A DNA stretch of 64,000 nucleotides, taken from the NCBI RefSeq assembly GCF_009914755.1, contig NC_060931.1, one strand, 5' to 3'. Made by a program: the position numbers and the translations under genes. The notes under the pieces are model-generated. The model saw only the letters and a program-made list of their open reading frames with translations, did not search any database and was not told the origin of the DNA. Source of the DNA: the human T2T-CHM13v2.0 reference genome, Homo sapiens. Each line of letters starts with the position of its first letter. Position 1 is the stretch's first letter. Below, piece by piece: positions 33,361 through 46,979 of the stretch.

Positions 33361-33409
33361 TCATAGAGCATCTGGCCTCAAAAACATATTTCTTAGGTTT
33401 GTATATTGC

Positions 33410-33570
33410 CTTATTTTCCAAGCTTCCCTTGAAATGATCAATTCGTGAGGTATCCAGGCAATATTCTCTCATTTTACAGACCAGAAAACTGAGGTACAGG
33501 AACTTTCCTGGGAAAAACTGTGATGAGTAGCAAGCCAAGACTAGAAATCAGATTTCCTGACTATCCTCTC
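33410..33570 (-). mobile_element. MIR fragment
   Basis: cattttacagaccagaaaactgagg core. Confidence 0.6.
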
Positions 33571-34007
33571 CCACACCCTGACTGTTGCTCAACCCAGCTG
33601 ATTCACTAGACTCTGGTCACCAATATCAAGTTTCTATCAGATGGGTCAATTTTACTTATTTATTTATTTAATAAAGATTAGCTAAGACATACTTATTTTT
33701 TTTATTTTAGTTAACAATAGCAAGGATTTTTGTCCTGATTAAAATATTAAATAATACTACCTTTTTAAAGTTTTTTTTTATTTCAATAGGTTTTTGGGGA
33801 ACAGGTGGTGTTTGATTACATGAATAAGTTCTTTAGTGGTGATCTCTGAGTTTTTGGTGCACCCATCACCTGAACAGTGTACACTGTACCCAATGTGTAG
33901 TCTTTTATCCCTTGCCACCTCCCCCACCCTTTCTCCCGAGTCCCCAAAGTCCAATGTACCATTTTTATGCCTTTGTGTCCTTACAGTTTAGCTCCCACTT
34001 ATGAGTG

Positions 34008-34367
34008 TGTATTAGTTTGTTCTCACACTGCTGATAAAGACATACCCATGACTGGGTAGTTTATAAAGGAAAGAGTTTAATTGACTCACAGTTCCACATG
34101 GCTGGGGAGGCCTCACAATCATGGAAGAAGGCGAGAGGCATGTCTTACATGGTGGCAGGCAAGAGAGAATGAGAACCAAGTGAAAGGGGTTTCCCCTTAT
34201 AAAACTGTCAGATCTTGTGAGACTTATTCACTACCATGAGAACATTATGGGGGAAACAGCCTCCATAATTCAATTATCTCCAACCAGGTCCCTCCCACAA
34301 CACATGGAAATTATGGGAGCTGCAATTCAAGATGAGATTTTGGTGGGGACACAGCCAAACCATATCA
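34008..34367 (-). mobile_element. THE1 solo LTR nested in L1PB
   Basis: tgtattagt...cagccaaaccatatca; perfect 5-bp TSD gagtg at 34003-34007 and 34368-34372. Confidence 0.93.
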
Positions 34368-34498
34368 GAGTGAAAACATATGATGTTTGGTTTTCCAGTC
34401 CTGAGTTACTTCACTTAGAATAATAGTCTCCACTTCCATCCAGGTTGCTGCAAATGCCATTATTTCATTCCTTTTTATGGCTGAGTAGTATTCCATGG

Positions 34499-34503
34499 TG
34501 TGT

Positions 34504-34592
<89 letters not shown>
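34499..34592. repeat. Compound (TG)n(TA)n microsatellite
   Basis: Directly visible, inside the L1PB. Confidence 0.96.
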
Positions 34593-34601
<9 letters not shown>

Positions 34602-36999
34602 ATTTATCCACTCGTTGATTGATGGGCATTTGGGCTGGTTGCATATTTTTGCAATTGCAAATTGTGCTGCTAGAAACATGCATGTGCAAGTATCTTTTTC
34701 ATATAATGACTTCTTTTCCTCTGGGTTGGAACCTAGTAGTGGGATTGCTGGATCAACAGTAGATCTACTTTAAGTTCTTTAAGGAATCTTCACACTGTTT
34801 TTCATCGTGGTTGTACTAGTTTATGTTCCCACCAACAGTGTAAAAGTGTTCTTTTTTCACCACATCCATGCCAACATCTATTATTTTTTGATTTTTTGAT
34901 TTTTTGATTATGGCCATTCTTGCAGGAGTGAGGTGGTATTGCATTGTCGTTTTGATTTACATTTCCCTGAATAATTAGTGATGTTGAGCATTTTTTCATA
35001 TATTTGTTGGCCATTTGTATATTTTCTTTTGAGAACTGTCTATTCATGTCCTTAGTACACTTTTTGGTGGGATTGTTGGTTTTATTCTTGCTGATTTGTT
35101 TGAGTTCTTTTCAGATTCTGGATATTAGTTCTTTGTTGGATATATAGATTGTGAAGATTCTCTCCCACTCTGTGGGTTGTCTCTTAACTCTGCTGATTAT
35201 TTCTTTTGCTGTGCAGAAGCTTTTTAGTTAATTAAGTCCCGTCTATTTATCTTTGTTTTTGTTGCATTTGCTTTTGGGTTCTTGGTCATGAAGTCTTTGC
35301 CTAAGCCAATGTCTAGAAGAGTTTTTCTGATGTTATCTTCTAGAATCTTTAGAGTTTTAGGTCTTAGATTTAAGTCTTTGATCGATCTTGAGTTTATTTT
35401 TGTATAAGGTGAGAGATGGGGATCTAGTTTTATTCTTCTACATGTAGCTTGCCAGTTTTTCCAGCATCATTTATTGAATAGGGTGTCCTTTCCCCACTTT
35501 GTGTTTTTGTTTGCTTTGTCAAAGATCAGTTGGCTGTAAGTATTTGGCTTAATTTCTGGGTTCTCTATCTGTTACATTGGTGTATGTGCCTATTTTTATA
35601 CCAGTACCATGCTGTTTTGCTGACTGTGGTCTTATAGTACATGTTGAAGTCAGTTAATGTGATGCTTCCAGATTTGTTCTTTTTGCTTAGTCTTGCTTTG
35701 GCTATGTGGGCTCCTTTTTGGTTTCATATGAATTTTAGGATTGCTTTTTTCAGTTCTGTGAAGAATGATGATGGTATTTTGATGGGAATTGCACTGAGTT
35801 CGTAGATTGCTTTTGGCAATCTGGTCATTTTCACAATATTGATTCTATATCTATGAGCATGGGGTGTATTTCCATTGGTTTGTGTCGTCGATGATTTCTT
35901 TCAGCAGTGTTTTGTAGCTTTCCTTGTAGAGGTCTTTCATGTCCTTGGTTAGGTATATTACTAAGTATTTTATTTTTTTTCAGCTATTGTGAAAGGAGAT
36001 GATTTCTTGATTTGATTCTCAGCTTGGTTGCTGTTGGTGTATAGCAGAGCTACTGCTTTGTGTACATTAATTTTGTATCCTAAAACTTTTCTGAATTTAT
36101 TTGCCAGTTCTAGGAGCTTTTTGGATGAGTCTTTAGAGTTTTCTAAGTATATGATCATATCATCAGCAAACAGAGACAGTTTGACTTCCTGTTTACTGAT
36201 TTGGATGACCTTTATTTCTTTCTCTTGTCGGATTGCTTTGGCTAGGACTTCAGATGTGTCCATTTTAAATAATAGGGAAAAAACAGAAAAGAAAATTAGA
36301 TAACTACTTTATAGCAAGCTGGATTTTATTCATTGTTAGATGGACCTTTTCTTTGTATTTGCTTCAGTCTGTGAATCCTGTTTCTTCCATGTTGCCCTCA
36401 GGTGCCTTTCAATGCTTTTCCTTTCCTTTTTCTTCATCCCCTTTGCTTTTGTGACCATGTTTAATATGCACCCGGCTGCACACTTCAGTGAGAGGCCTCC
36501 ACCCCCATAGTTTGGGGATGCCTCACTGCTTTTGATAAGTTTCCAAAGCATTCCACTCGTTTCTCCTTTCTGCATCTTAATTTTCCACAGACCTCTGGGA
36601 GAATATTTTTGTTAATTGAGGGGGCAGATGTGACATTTCCTATTCTCTCTTATTTCTTCTCGGGTTGCAGAGTAATTGTTGACTAGCTATGTAATTGAAC
36701 AAAAACTTTTATCACAATTCTCTCATGCATTTTGACTTGGAAAAAAGTTCAAATCTCAGGCAAGATTATAAAATTAGTGAACATTGTATATAGCACTTTT
36801 TAAAGGGGATCACTTTTCAGAGTTCTCTTTTTAAATTTTTACTTCACTTCCATCTTGCTGGGCCCATATCTCTGTCTTCTAGGGAGATGATAATGGAATC
36901 TCATGAAAAGGCAAGGGACATGATTTGTTGGGCCTCCCGTGATTTGTTGTGCTTGTATATTGAAAGTTGCTACAATGAAAAGGCAATAACTAATCCTGT

Positions 37000-37600
37000 A
37001 TGTATTTATTCAACAAATATTCATAGACCATCTATTATGTGCTAGATACCAGAGATATAAATGTGATAATATTGGACACAATTTTGGAATAAAATTAGAC
37101 TCATTTTCTGTCTGGGAGGAGATTTAGACATGGAAAGGGCAATTTCAATGAAGGGTAAAACATATTAAAATACAGAAACAACAGAATATTATGGTAACAC
37201 AGAGAAGGGCATTGAAATCAGATGTGGGAGAGTCATCAGAGACTTCTTAGAGTACTCAACAAGGTCATGGAGAGAAGGGGAGAAAAAGTCCAGGGAAGAA
37301 TAAAATATATTTAGGGAAATGAAAAATGGTCAGTTCAGTATGATTGAAGAGAATGATATAATAAAATTAAGTTGTACAGGTGGACAGGCCAGATCTTGAA
37401 GGGCGTTGGAAACCACATGAGCATATTATCTTTTCACTTTATCTTATGATCAATGGAACATCGTTGAAGAGTGTTAATCAGGGTAGTGGCAGAATCTGAT
37501 TTGCATTTTTACCCACAGGTGGAGGAGAGTGGAGGGGAGTAAGATTAGAAGCAAGGATACCAGTAGGATGCAGTTACAGCAATCCAGGTGGCTGTGCTAC
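37000..37600 (-). mobile_element. L2 3' region
   Basis: atttattcaacaaatatt...ctattatgtgctag; ...atctgatttgcattttta. Confidence 0.7.
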
Positions 37601-37639
37601 AATTGTAATAACATCAGATCTGTGCTGGGTAAGTATGGA

Positions 37640-37730
37640 AAGTGAGGTCATCTTGTTCACATCTGTATCCAACAGTGCCTCACCCATTGGGATGCTCTAT
37701 TGACATTTTGTGAAGGAGTGAATAAATGCA
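37640..37730 (+). mobile_element. L2 3' terminus
   Basis: cttgttcacatctgtatcc...gtgcct...gtgaataaatg. Confidence 0.55.
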
Positions 37731-37740
37731 TAAGTGGATT

Positions 37741-38614
37741 TATTGTGGGATCTGGCCAGCAGCCCACAATGCAGTGGGGCTCTTTCTTTGTTCCCAGGTG
37801 GATCGGCAAGTTGAGAAATAATAGACACGCACAAGATAGTGAAAGCTGGGTCCAGGGTGGTCGCTGCCTTTGGTCCCACGGTGCCAACAATGTACTGGAT
37901 ATACCAGCATTTATTATTAAGTTTAGTGAGGGCGGGGGTAGGTTAGTGAGAGATTTAGGGTCATTTGATTATGAGGTGAGATGGTCACATGGGGATGAAG
38001 TAATTCTTTAACATAACATCTGTATGCAGTAGTACAGTATACAGAGATAAGAATTTACAATATAGTGTGTGCATCAGTAATTTCTAACAGAGCCTTCAAA
38101 TGGAAACACAGTCTTTCCATAACCTATGATTAGCAAGATATTAATCAGCAGTTAACAGTTGCAGCAAAAGCTGGTTACAAGCAATCCATAGAAACAGGAC
38201 GTGAAGCTAGACAACCGGTTAGACCAGAAATTCTCAGAAGGGAGTATGCCTTAACCCTAAAGAGGCCTAGAAGAGCTGTGGCAAGATGAGGGCGTTTATA
38301 GCCCTATCTTATCCATGTGAACAGTTGCCCGTCATGCATCCATTTATAGGCTCTCCACAAGGGTCGCATTCCATTCCCACAGCTATGAACATCTGCTTTT
38401 CTGGGATAGGAGTGTTGGTAATGTGAAACCTCCCTGACTGCACATCTGTTCATAGGCTCTCTGCAGGGGAAAGCACATCACACGCCGTTGGCTCATTCTG
38501 GCAGCCCAACCTGGCATTGTCTTTACACAATCCTGCATGCAATTTTGTATTTACAATAATCAGGAGCATTTTATCTTTTATTCTGTAGCAATAGTTTCAG
38601 GGGGTCTTCCTACA
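37741..38614 (-). mobile_element. ERVK (betaretrovirus-like) solo LTR, MER11D-like
   Basis: Minus strand starts tgtaggaagaccccctgaaactattgc; reverse AATAAA near 37910; perfect 6-bp TSD tggatt at 37735-37740 and 38615-38620. Confidence 0.8.
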
Positions 38615-38644
38615 TGGATTCACATAGAAGTGGTCAGTTAAGAA

Positions 38645-39365
38645 CAGTATTTCCCCTGGTGGGTTCCACAGAACAGCGTGTTATGTGAAAGAAAACAGGC
38701 TGAGGTCAAATGAATCAGGGAAACAACAGGCAAAACATTACTAAACTTTCTGTTTAGGACAATCTCTCAAGGCCTTTAACAAGCTAATATGTCATGTTGT
38801 TCTCCAAAATGCAGGAGTAGCAAGCAAGGTGAACTGGGCTTCTGTTTGCCCCTCCAGACCCACTCTCCACCACTCTCCACCCTGCTCTGTTCCCTGGCAG
38901 CCTAGTCTTTTCTGATTCCATAACAAGCCCCCTTTGCTCTCCTTTCCAGTTGGGTTTGGACAGTGGGGACTTAGTAGGTAAGAGGGAAAGAGTAGAGAAT
39001 AGTCAAGTATTTCCTCCCCTGGCTCCCGCCTGTGGGTGGCTGACAGCTGATTGTATACCTTGACTGACAGCCACAGCTGTTGTCAGGGCCTTCTTTGCAC
39101 AGCCTTCTGTCTGTTTTGGTGACTGCTCACTCCCCTTGCAGCAAACTGCAAATAGCACCCACAGACTGCACTATCTTGTGATTTTCATGTATGTGGTCTA
39201 CACCTTATGGCACTCATTTCAAAATACCTAATTTGACCATTCTCTCTGTTTCCTGCTGGGACCTTGACTAATTCACAGTTTCTCAAACTTCATTGATTGT
39301 AGAGTCATTTTTCCATGAAGCATTTTGTATGACTAAGGTTTCACATAATACAGTTTGGCTAATAA
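38645..39365. mobile_element. hAT-Charlie MITE (Charlie4-like) split by an LTR33
   Basis: cagtatttccc...gttccacagaaca and ggcctttaacaagctaat; resumes at cagtttctcaaactt (~39275). Confidence 0.5.
38830..39276 (+). mobile_element. LTR33-like (ERVL) LTR
   Basis: cccctccagacccactctccac...; 3' end tctgtttcctgctgggaccttgactaattca. Confidence 0.7.
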
Positions 39366-39949
39366 GGGTTGAGTGTTAGCACAAGTAAAAGTGAACCCCA
39401 CTTCTTTAACTCTGCTCACCTTGTAGATCGGCTTCTCATATGGGGTTTAATCACTGGTTCCGTAACTAAGTAGTTTCTAATCTTAAATGCACATGGTGGT
39501 ATCAATCAATACTTGTAAAAATATCCATGCTTGTCTCATTCTGTTAGGGAGTTGTATTGGTCCTGCCTCTTAGGCTCTCTGGAGCTAGGAAGCATGCAGC
39601 TGCAAAATTTTCTCCAGAGAAACTGGAATTCAGACATTTTCTTTTATATTTCTGCACTTCCGAGATTTCTTGCCTACATAAGGATTAATCATATCTTGTC
39701 TGGGAATAGGTTCCTGGCCACACTGGGGAGCAATTATGTATCTTGCCTAGGTCCTGTGACTTTTGGCAATGTTACCAACATCAGCCTTAATTAAGAAGTC
39801 TACTGAGGTCCATAAACTATAAAGTTTTATTAAACATGATGAAATAAAATATCGACTGCTATTTTTAAAGAAGTGCTGATGAAAAAGGGACTAAACATCA
39901 AGGCGTTAACAAATGTGGTTAGATATTTTATGACTTTTTTCTTTACAAA

Positions 39950-40313
39950 TAAAGTGGAACTCTTTGTATCCCCACAAAATGTGTATGTTGGAACCTAATC
40001 TCCAATGCAATACTATTAAGAAGTGGGGCTTCAGGAGGTGATTACTTATGAGGCGTAGCCCTCATGAATGGGATATGTGCCCTTATAAATGAGGCCTAAG
40101 GGATTTCATTCACCCCTTCTGCCATGTGAGGACACAGCTAGAAGGCACCGTCTTTGAAGCAGAGGGTGAGCCCTCACCAGACACTGAATCTGCTGGTGCC
40201 CTGCTCTTGGACTTTCCAGTTCTAAATGTAGAACTGTGAGCTATTCATTTATGGTTTTTATAAATTACCCAGTCTAAGGTATTTTATTACAGCTGCCTGA
40301 ATGGACTAAGGCA
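39950..40313 (+). mobile_element. MLT1A0-like LTR
   Basis: gccctcatgaatggga...gccctcaccagacactgaatctgctgg...taaattacccagtctaaggtatttt...atggactaaggca. Confidence 0.85.
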
Positions 40314-40378
40314 CTGACCAGTGACTTCTGTGTGAAATCTTTATAAACGATTGAAATTGTAGGGTTGAGAAGCTGTTA

Positions 40379-40706
40379 GGCCAGGCATGGTGGCCATGCC
40401 TGTAATCCCAGCACTTTGGGAGGTCGAGGTGGATGAATCGCTTGAGGCCAGGAGTTTGAGACCAGCCTGGTCAATCAATATGGTGAAACTCTGTCTTTAC
40501 TAAAAATACAAAAATTAGCTGGGTGTGGTGGCACGCTATGTAATCCCAGCTATTCGGGAGGCTGAGGCATGAGAATTGTTTGAACCCAGGAGGCAGAAGT
40601 TGTAGTGAGCCCAGATGGTGCCGCTGCACTCCAGCCTGGGTGACAGAGCAAGACTCCATCTCAAAACAAACAAACAAACAAACAAACAAACAAAAAAAAA
40701 CCAGAA
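40379..40706 (+). mobile_element. Alu (AluS-like) with (AAAC)n tail
   Basis: Full dimer; TSD agaagct(g/a)tta at 40368-40378 and 40707-40717. Confidence 0.95.
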
Positions 40707-41884
40707 AGAAGCTATTAATAATATTTTTTTTCCTGTGTTTGCATTGGAGAATTTCAAAGAACTTCTCAATATTGGTGCCATTATTGCTGCTGTTACTCTC
40801 ACTTGCTGTGGATCAATGTTTTGTATGTTGTACTATTTGAATTTATAGATGGGCTTCATAGGCAGCAATGGTGAGCCAGTTGACCTTGATTAAAGAACTG
40901 CATGAATATCGGCAAGTGAAAGCTTATGACTTTTATAATGAAGTCAGCCTGTGGCTATCTTTATATCTCTTATATCTGTATATCTCAAAAACCTTCTGCC
41001 GGCATTCCAACAAAGACCAGTGAGCCACATACATGTTCTTGAATGGGACAAAGGCATTCTGTAAGAAACTTAGAAGACATACTTTGGCTGTCCTTCATAC
41101 TAAGCAGAATAACTAGAAAGGATTTATCAGCTCTGTGCCTGCAATAAGTATATGGGTTCATACAGAAGCAATCCTTCATGGCTGAGCCACATTCTTTAAG
41201 TCCGCAGTCATAGCGTTTCTAATCACTCTGGGTTATCTCTTATAAAAGGCCATTGCAATCTTAAGGACGTTATCTAGACACTGTGTTTGTCTGCTGCTGG
41301 TTAGGCAAATGGCAAACCAAAGTGCCTGCTCAGGGAAATTACCACTCTCATTTGTCACCAGCCTGCACAGCAAAAGCACGGGTTCTGTTTCTTGCTGATT
41401 GACTAATGGTTTTGAGAAAGAAAAGTGATAGGTAGAATGCTTCTCCTAGAAGGGAAAACTGATAAAAGGAATTGACTACCCAAATCTTTTTCATTTCAAT
41501 GAGATGTTCTTTTTGCTCAATTTAAATGAGCTTGTCAAAATAAATAAGCAAGCATGGTCACCATGGATGGTAAAGCCAGGTATTCAGTAGAGGAAATCAA
41601 TCTGGAGGTGGGGGTTGGTTTCTCACTCTGCTCCAGGCAGGAAAGTCTCCAATCTCATTCACTTCTTGTTCTTGTTTAGCATGCCCCCATTTCCCTCTGC
41701 GTTTGATGCAAACCATACACATCTTTTGAGGCCAACTTTAATCTCTTCTCCTCTTGGAAGTCAGAGTATTCTTTTCAGAATTCATAACATTTTCAGTCTG
41801 TGCTGTGCAAGTTGGCACATAGTTAAATTCTTCTTTTTTATACTGTCCTCGCACTGTTCCATGACTGTTAGCCTTACCATTTAA

Positions 41885-42050
41885 ACAGCCTGAGCTTCTC
41901 ACAGAGTAGAGAAATGTTCTTGAGAACATCATTGAAACACTAGATCAAGGCATGCCTGTGGACTTTGCAATTTCCAGAACCAATAAAAGTATCTTTATTA
42001 TTTAAGCTGGTTTGAATCATGTTTTTGTTATGAGTAACAAGATGGATATA
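41885..42050 (+). mobile_element. Old MLT1 LTR 3' fragment
   Basis: ccaataaaa...tttaagctggtttga. Confidence 0.5.
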
Positions 42051-42562
42051 GGAGATACTTGGTAAATATTTCCATAGAACTTACAGTCATCCCTATTTAT
42101 CTCAATATTTTATCTCTACTCAGATCAGATGTCATTTCAAACAGAATCATATTTGAACTGCTTCCTTTTTTAAATACCAATATTCAGTTACTTTTAGATG
42201 GAGAATACTGCAACATTCCTTCAACCTGTAGGGAAAACTATGAATTAAGGAGAAGAAGTAAAAAGGAAAATTTCCTACTCCCAAACTTTCTCCCTTTATG
42301 GAAGGTTTATTGGAACTTCTGAGGAATATGGAGAAAGAGCAGCAGTTGAGGAGGGGATGACTCCACATTAATTTTCAACCTTTTCAGGTTATTCACCTCA
42401 CTACTCAACTGCTCCATGGCTTGAGTCCAAGAAGGATCATTTCTAACCTTTTCTTGCAAAGTTTTCCATTCTTTTTTCTGTCTCTACCCTTTACCCCATT
42501 CATGTGCCAAATATATACCCTTCACACCATTTCTTATGACACACAGTGATTCTCTGCAACAG

Positions 42563-43200
42563 CAAGGTTTCTCAGTCGGAGAACTACTGACAATTTTGGT
42601 AGATAATTCTTTGTTGTGAGGGACTGTCCTGTGCATTGTACGATGTTTAGCAGCATCACTGGCTTCCACCCACCAGATGCCAGTAGCTCCCCTTCCCAGG
42701 CTGTGACAACCAAAAGTGTTTACAGATAATAGCCATTCTAGCAGGTGTGAGGTGATAGCTCATTGTGGTTTTAATTTGCATTTCCCCAACGATTAATGAT
42801 GTTGAACTTTTCTTGACGAAACTGTTGGCCATTTATATGTCTTCTTTTGAGAAATGTCTGTCCAGGTCCTGTGCCTATTTTCAAATTGGGTTATTTGTTT
42901 TCTTGCTGTTGAGTTGTTTGAATTCCTTATATGTTTTGGACATTACCCCCTTAGTTAATAATTATATATTATATATTTCAAAGCTAATGAGAGTAAATTT
43001 TGAATGTCTCACCACAAAAAATAAGTGAGGTGATAAATATATTATTTGAGCTTGATTTAATCATTCCACATCGCATACATATAGCAAAACATCACTTCTA
43101 CCCCATAAATGTATGCAATTGAAAAAACAAAATATTTACAGACATTGCCAAATGTCCCCTGGGAGTCAGAATTGATGCCTCCTCCCTTTGAGAACCTTGG
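42563..43200. mobile_element. MER20 hAT-Charlie MITE split by an L1 insertion
   Basis: gataattctttgttgtg...gtgcattgtacgatgtttagcagcatc; resumes at cagacattgccaaatgtcccctggg. Confidence 0.88.
42728..43127 (+). mobile_element. Short L1MA-class insertion with 5' inversion
   Basis: 42728-42953 is minus-strand ORF2 3' part; 42952-43127 is plus-strand 3'UTR and tail; ~16-bp TSD at 42712-42727 and 43128-43143. Confidence 0.8.
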
Positions 43201-43446
43201 CTGGGTCTGTGGGCAGTAGACCAGGTGTAATTTGGGAAAATGACTCACCTCCACTGTTTCCTCTTTGGAGACTCTGATCTATGCCATTAGCTTGCTGAAT
43301 ACATTCACTCAGGATCTCCATCCTGAAGTGACAAAAGAATCGAGATCCTTGGAGCTCTCAAAATAGAATTTATACTAGTTTCTTTCAACCCAAATCCTCA
43401 GCAATCACTGTTCTATCAGATTATCTCACTCTCCAGTAAAAAATTG

Positions 43447-43728
<282 letters not shown>

Positions 43729-44016
43729 TCAAACATAAACATAAAATAAATGAAAAAAATCAAGATACCTTGCACTCTGATCCCTTGGTTAATCTGTCTT
43801 ATCTCAGCATTGCCATGGTTTTTATATCATGTGACCTTTCCTCAATTTGATACTGTGTTTTCATCATGATCAAGTGCCCTTTATTCACTAATAGACATCT
43901 TCATTTAACTTTCCCCAATTCAATTATCTCTTATGAGTGTGCAGAGCATTTACTGCTGAGTACTGATCTGATACCCTGACCTTCACCTGGTCTCACAATA
44001 AATAGTCAACCATGTG

Positions 44017-44620
44017 AAGCATTACTTATAATCGCTAAGACATGGAAACAAATGAAGTGTGTGCCCACAGATGAACGGATAAAGACAATGTGGTATATAT
44101 ACACAATGGAATACTATTCAGCCTTAAAAAGGAGATACTACCAATTGCAACATGGATGAACCTGGAGGGCATTAGGCTAAGTGAAATAAGCCAGCAGAGA
44201 AAGACAAACACCTTGTGATCTCACTGATAGGTAGAGTCAAAAAAAAGTCGAACTCATAGTAACAGAACAGAACGATGGTTACCAGGATCTGGGGGGTTGG
44301 GGAGAGCTGGGAGATGTTGGTCACAGAGTCCAAACCTTCAGTTATAAGATGAGTAAGTTCTAGGAGTCTGATATGCAGCACAGTGACTGTAGTTAATGAT
44401 AAATGTATGTGTGAAGTTTGCTTAGAGAGTAGCTCTTTAGAGTTCTTATCACACACAAAAAAAATGGTAACAAGGTTGGGGGTAAATATGGTAATTAGCT
44501 AGACTGTGGGAATTGTTTCACAATGTATAGGTGTATCAAAACATTACATTGTTCACTCTAAATGGAGTCAAGTTTTATTTGCCAATCATAGCTCAACAGA
44601 GTTGGAAAACAAAAACAAAA
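44017..44620 (+). mobile_element. L1 3' end (L1MA9/L1MB1-like)
   Basis: acacaatggaatactattcagcc...cttcagttataagatgagtaagttct...A-rich end. Confidence 0.85.
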
Positions 44621-45715
44621 TCCCCCAAAACTGATGTGCTGGGGTTGCTACCCATAGCTTTCCCTGGATTTGCAGGTGGAATCATAGCCTGAATCCCCAG
44701 AAGAGTTGGGAAGGGACAAGAGGGTAAAACTTGCCCTCATAATGGGAGTGGAGACGGGCTTCTAGCTTGCTTGGACAGGACCTTCACTCTGATCTGGGTG
44801 CTCTCTTGGTTGGCGGGAGGAAGCTTGTTGCCGTGTCAGAAAGATGCTGCGCGTTTCTGGAAATGGGCAAAGACAGCACTTACCTGCACGGAGGTGGGCA
44901 TTGCAGCCCCAGGCACACCCCCCAGCACCACGTGAGTGACATCACACACTTTCGCCTTGTAGCCTTGCAGCATTCAATACGTATTTGTAGACTGTAGTTT
45001 TGAAAATTAATTAAAAATGTATCTTTCCAGGTCCTTGCAGTCTAATAGGAAAACCCACAACCCCTAACTCAGTGACCGGCACATGTGACATGCTCAGGTG
45101 CCTGTGCCGTTGTTCCCGTTTATTGAAGAGAATATAATCATATATTAGATAAAATCACACGTGGCAGTGCTGAGGTGAGGCAGATTAACCAAGGGATCAG
45201 AGTGCGCATATCTTCATTTCTTTGTTTATTTGGTTATTATATGTTTGCATTTGAGAGCAAAGACATTTTCATCTGGATAATAAGGCTTCATCTGACTAAG
45301 GTAGAGAATTATGGAGGATTTTGTCCTAATAGTAATTTCCCAGTGTCTTGATTGATTTATTATCCAAAAGATAGCAAGTAAGAAAATGGAATAAAGCTCT
45401 CGAGAGGACCGGTACTGAGCTGGGATCAAGAGATCTGGCTTCCTGTCCTCATCTATGGATGGCCTGGGATAAAGTCTGACTTTACCTTCCCAGGTATCAT
45501 TCTGTATGTTTATGTATTTCTTATATAAACAGGAAGTGTGGACTAGATAATTCAGATGATTTCTGACATTCTATGATTGGATTACAGAAGTTCTGACTTT
45601 CTGAGCAGCAGGTTTTAAAACCCATTGTTTTCACTCTTCTTCCATCTCTTAGACCCATGAGTCTCCTGGGGATGGTTATTGATAGACATATTGTACCTTA
45701 AATATTTTTGATGTG

Positions 45716-46348
45716 TGTGATGGTTAATTGTATATGTCAATTTGATTGGGCCACAGGATGCCTAGGTGGTAGCTGGTTAAACACTATTTCTGGGTGTTTC
45801 TGCGAGGGTGTTTCCAAAAGGGATGAGCATTTGAATTGCTGGACTCAGTAAAACCCATGGCACTCCCCAGCATGGGCGGGTGTTATCCTGTCCGTTCAAG
45901 GCTGGAATACAGCAAAAAGCCAGAGGAAGGCTGAATTCACTCTCCCTCTATGGGACTGCTTGAACTGAGGCATGAATCTTCTTCCCTGGGAAGTCCTGGT
46001 TCCTAGGCCTTCAGGCTTGGACTGGGATGTATACCATTGGCTCTCAGGCTCTCAGGCCTTTGAACGACACTACTGGCCTTCCCAGGTCTCCAGCCTGCAG
46101 AGGGCAGATTGTGGGATTTCTCAATCTCTATAATCATGTGAGCCAATACCTTTTAATACCTTACCCCCCACCCACTCTCTGTGCCTACACACACACACAC
46201 GCACAAAAATACAGACAGACACACCCACACCCACACACACACAAGCATTCACAAAAAGACAGACACACACACGCAGACACACACACGCAAGCACACACAT
46301 TCATGCATGTATTTGTTTTGCTTAGTTTCTCTGGAGCATACTAACACA
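45716..46348 (+). mobile_element. MLT2 (ERVL) solo LTR with CA-rich expansion at 46187-46300
   Basis: tgtgatggttaattgtatatgtcaa start; ggtctccagcctgcagagggcagattgtggga; ctaacaca end. Confidence 0.88.
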
Positions 46349-46839
46349 TGCAGTGTGCTTCTGCAGTCCTCTGCGTGCCTGTCCCAGGTAGACAGCACCT
46401 GTGCTCCCTCTCATCCCTGCACTGCCACAGTTTGCTACCCTGCCTCTCAGGGCCTTTCCTTTGATATAAATGTGTAGGTGTGGGCTGCATACAGACCTAG
46501 TGGGCAGCTGTGTGTTCTCATTCACTCCCCATTCCCTGGGAGGCTATCATAGCTCCAACTGGAAATCCAGATGGGTCATAGTCCCCCATTGGCCTTAGCT
46601 GTTAAAGTTGTTAAAGTCAGTTTGTGAAAGTCCTCTGAGGATTCTAGCAACAGAACAGCAGGAAAGGCCTTTGTGTTCTAACTATTTCTGGCTTTACCTT
46701 CGTTTTCTTTTCCTACATTCATTTTTCTTTTCTCTCAATTTCTTTATTAACATTTCTGTTTTATTTTTAAAGTCTTGTCTATGAACACCTCCACTCCTTC
46801 TCCTCAAGCTTAATGAGAGTACCTGGGATTCTAATGTTT

Positions 46840-46979
46840 GTTTGTTTATTTTTATTTGTACAAACTTACGGGGTACATTTGCAATTTTGTTACATGCATA
46901 GATTTTATAGTAGCCAAATAGAATTTTTAGGGTGTCCATCACAAAAAAAGGCACATTGTACATAATAAGTAATTTCTTA
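46840..46979 (-). mobile_element. Very short 5'-truncated L1 3' end (L1MA-like)
   Basis: gggtacatttgcaattttgttacatgcatag; TSD tt(c/a)taatgttt at 46829-46839 and 46980-46990. Confidence 0.75.

Larger units (their letters stand above)
33771..36252 (-). mobile_element. 5'-truncated LINE-1 (L1PB1-like)
   Basis: tttcaataggtttttggggaacaggtggtgtttg 3'UTR; RT remnant [12 protein letters not shown] (35970-36263); truncated at gctaggacttca. Confidence 0.92.

Noticed and set aside
40881-40889. Perfect ERR/SF-1 site (TCAAGGTCA on the minus strand)
   Set aside because: A single 9-mer is expected by chance in 64 kb and has no supporting context.
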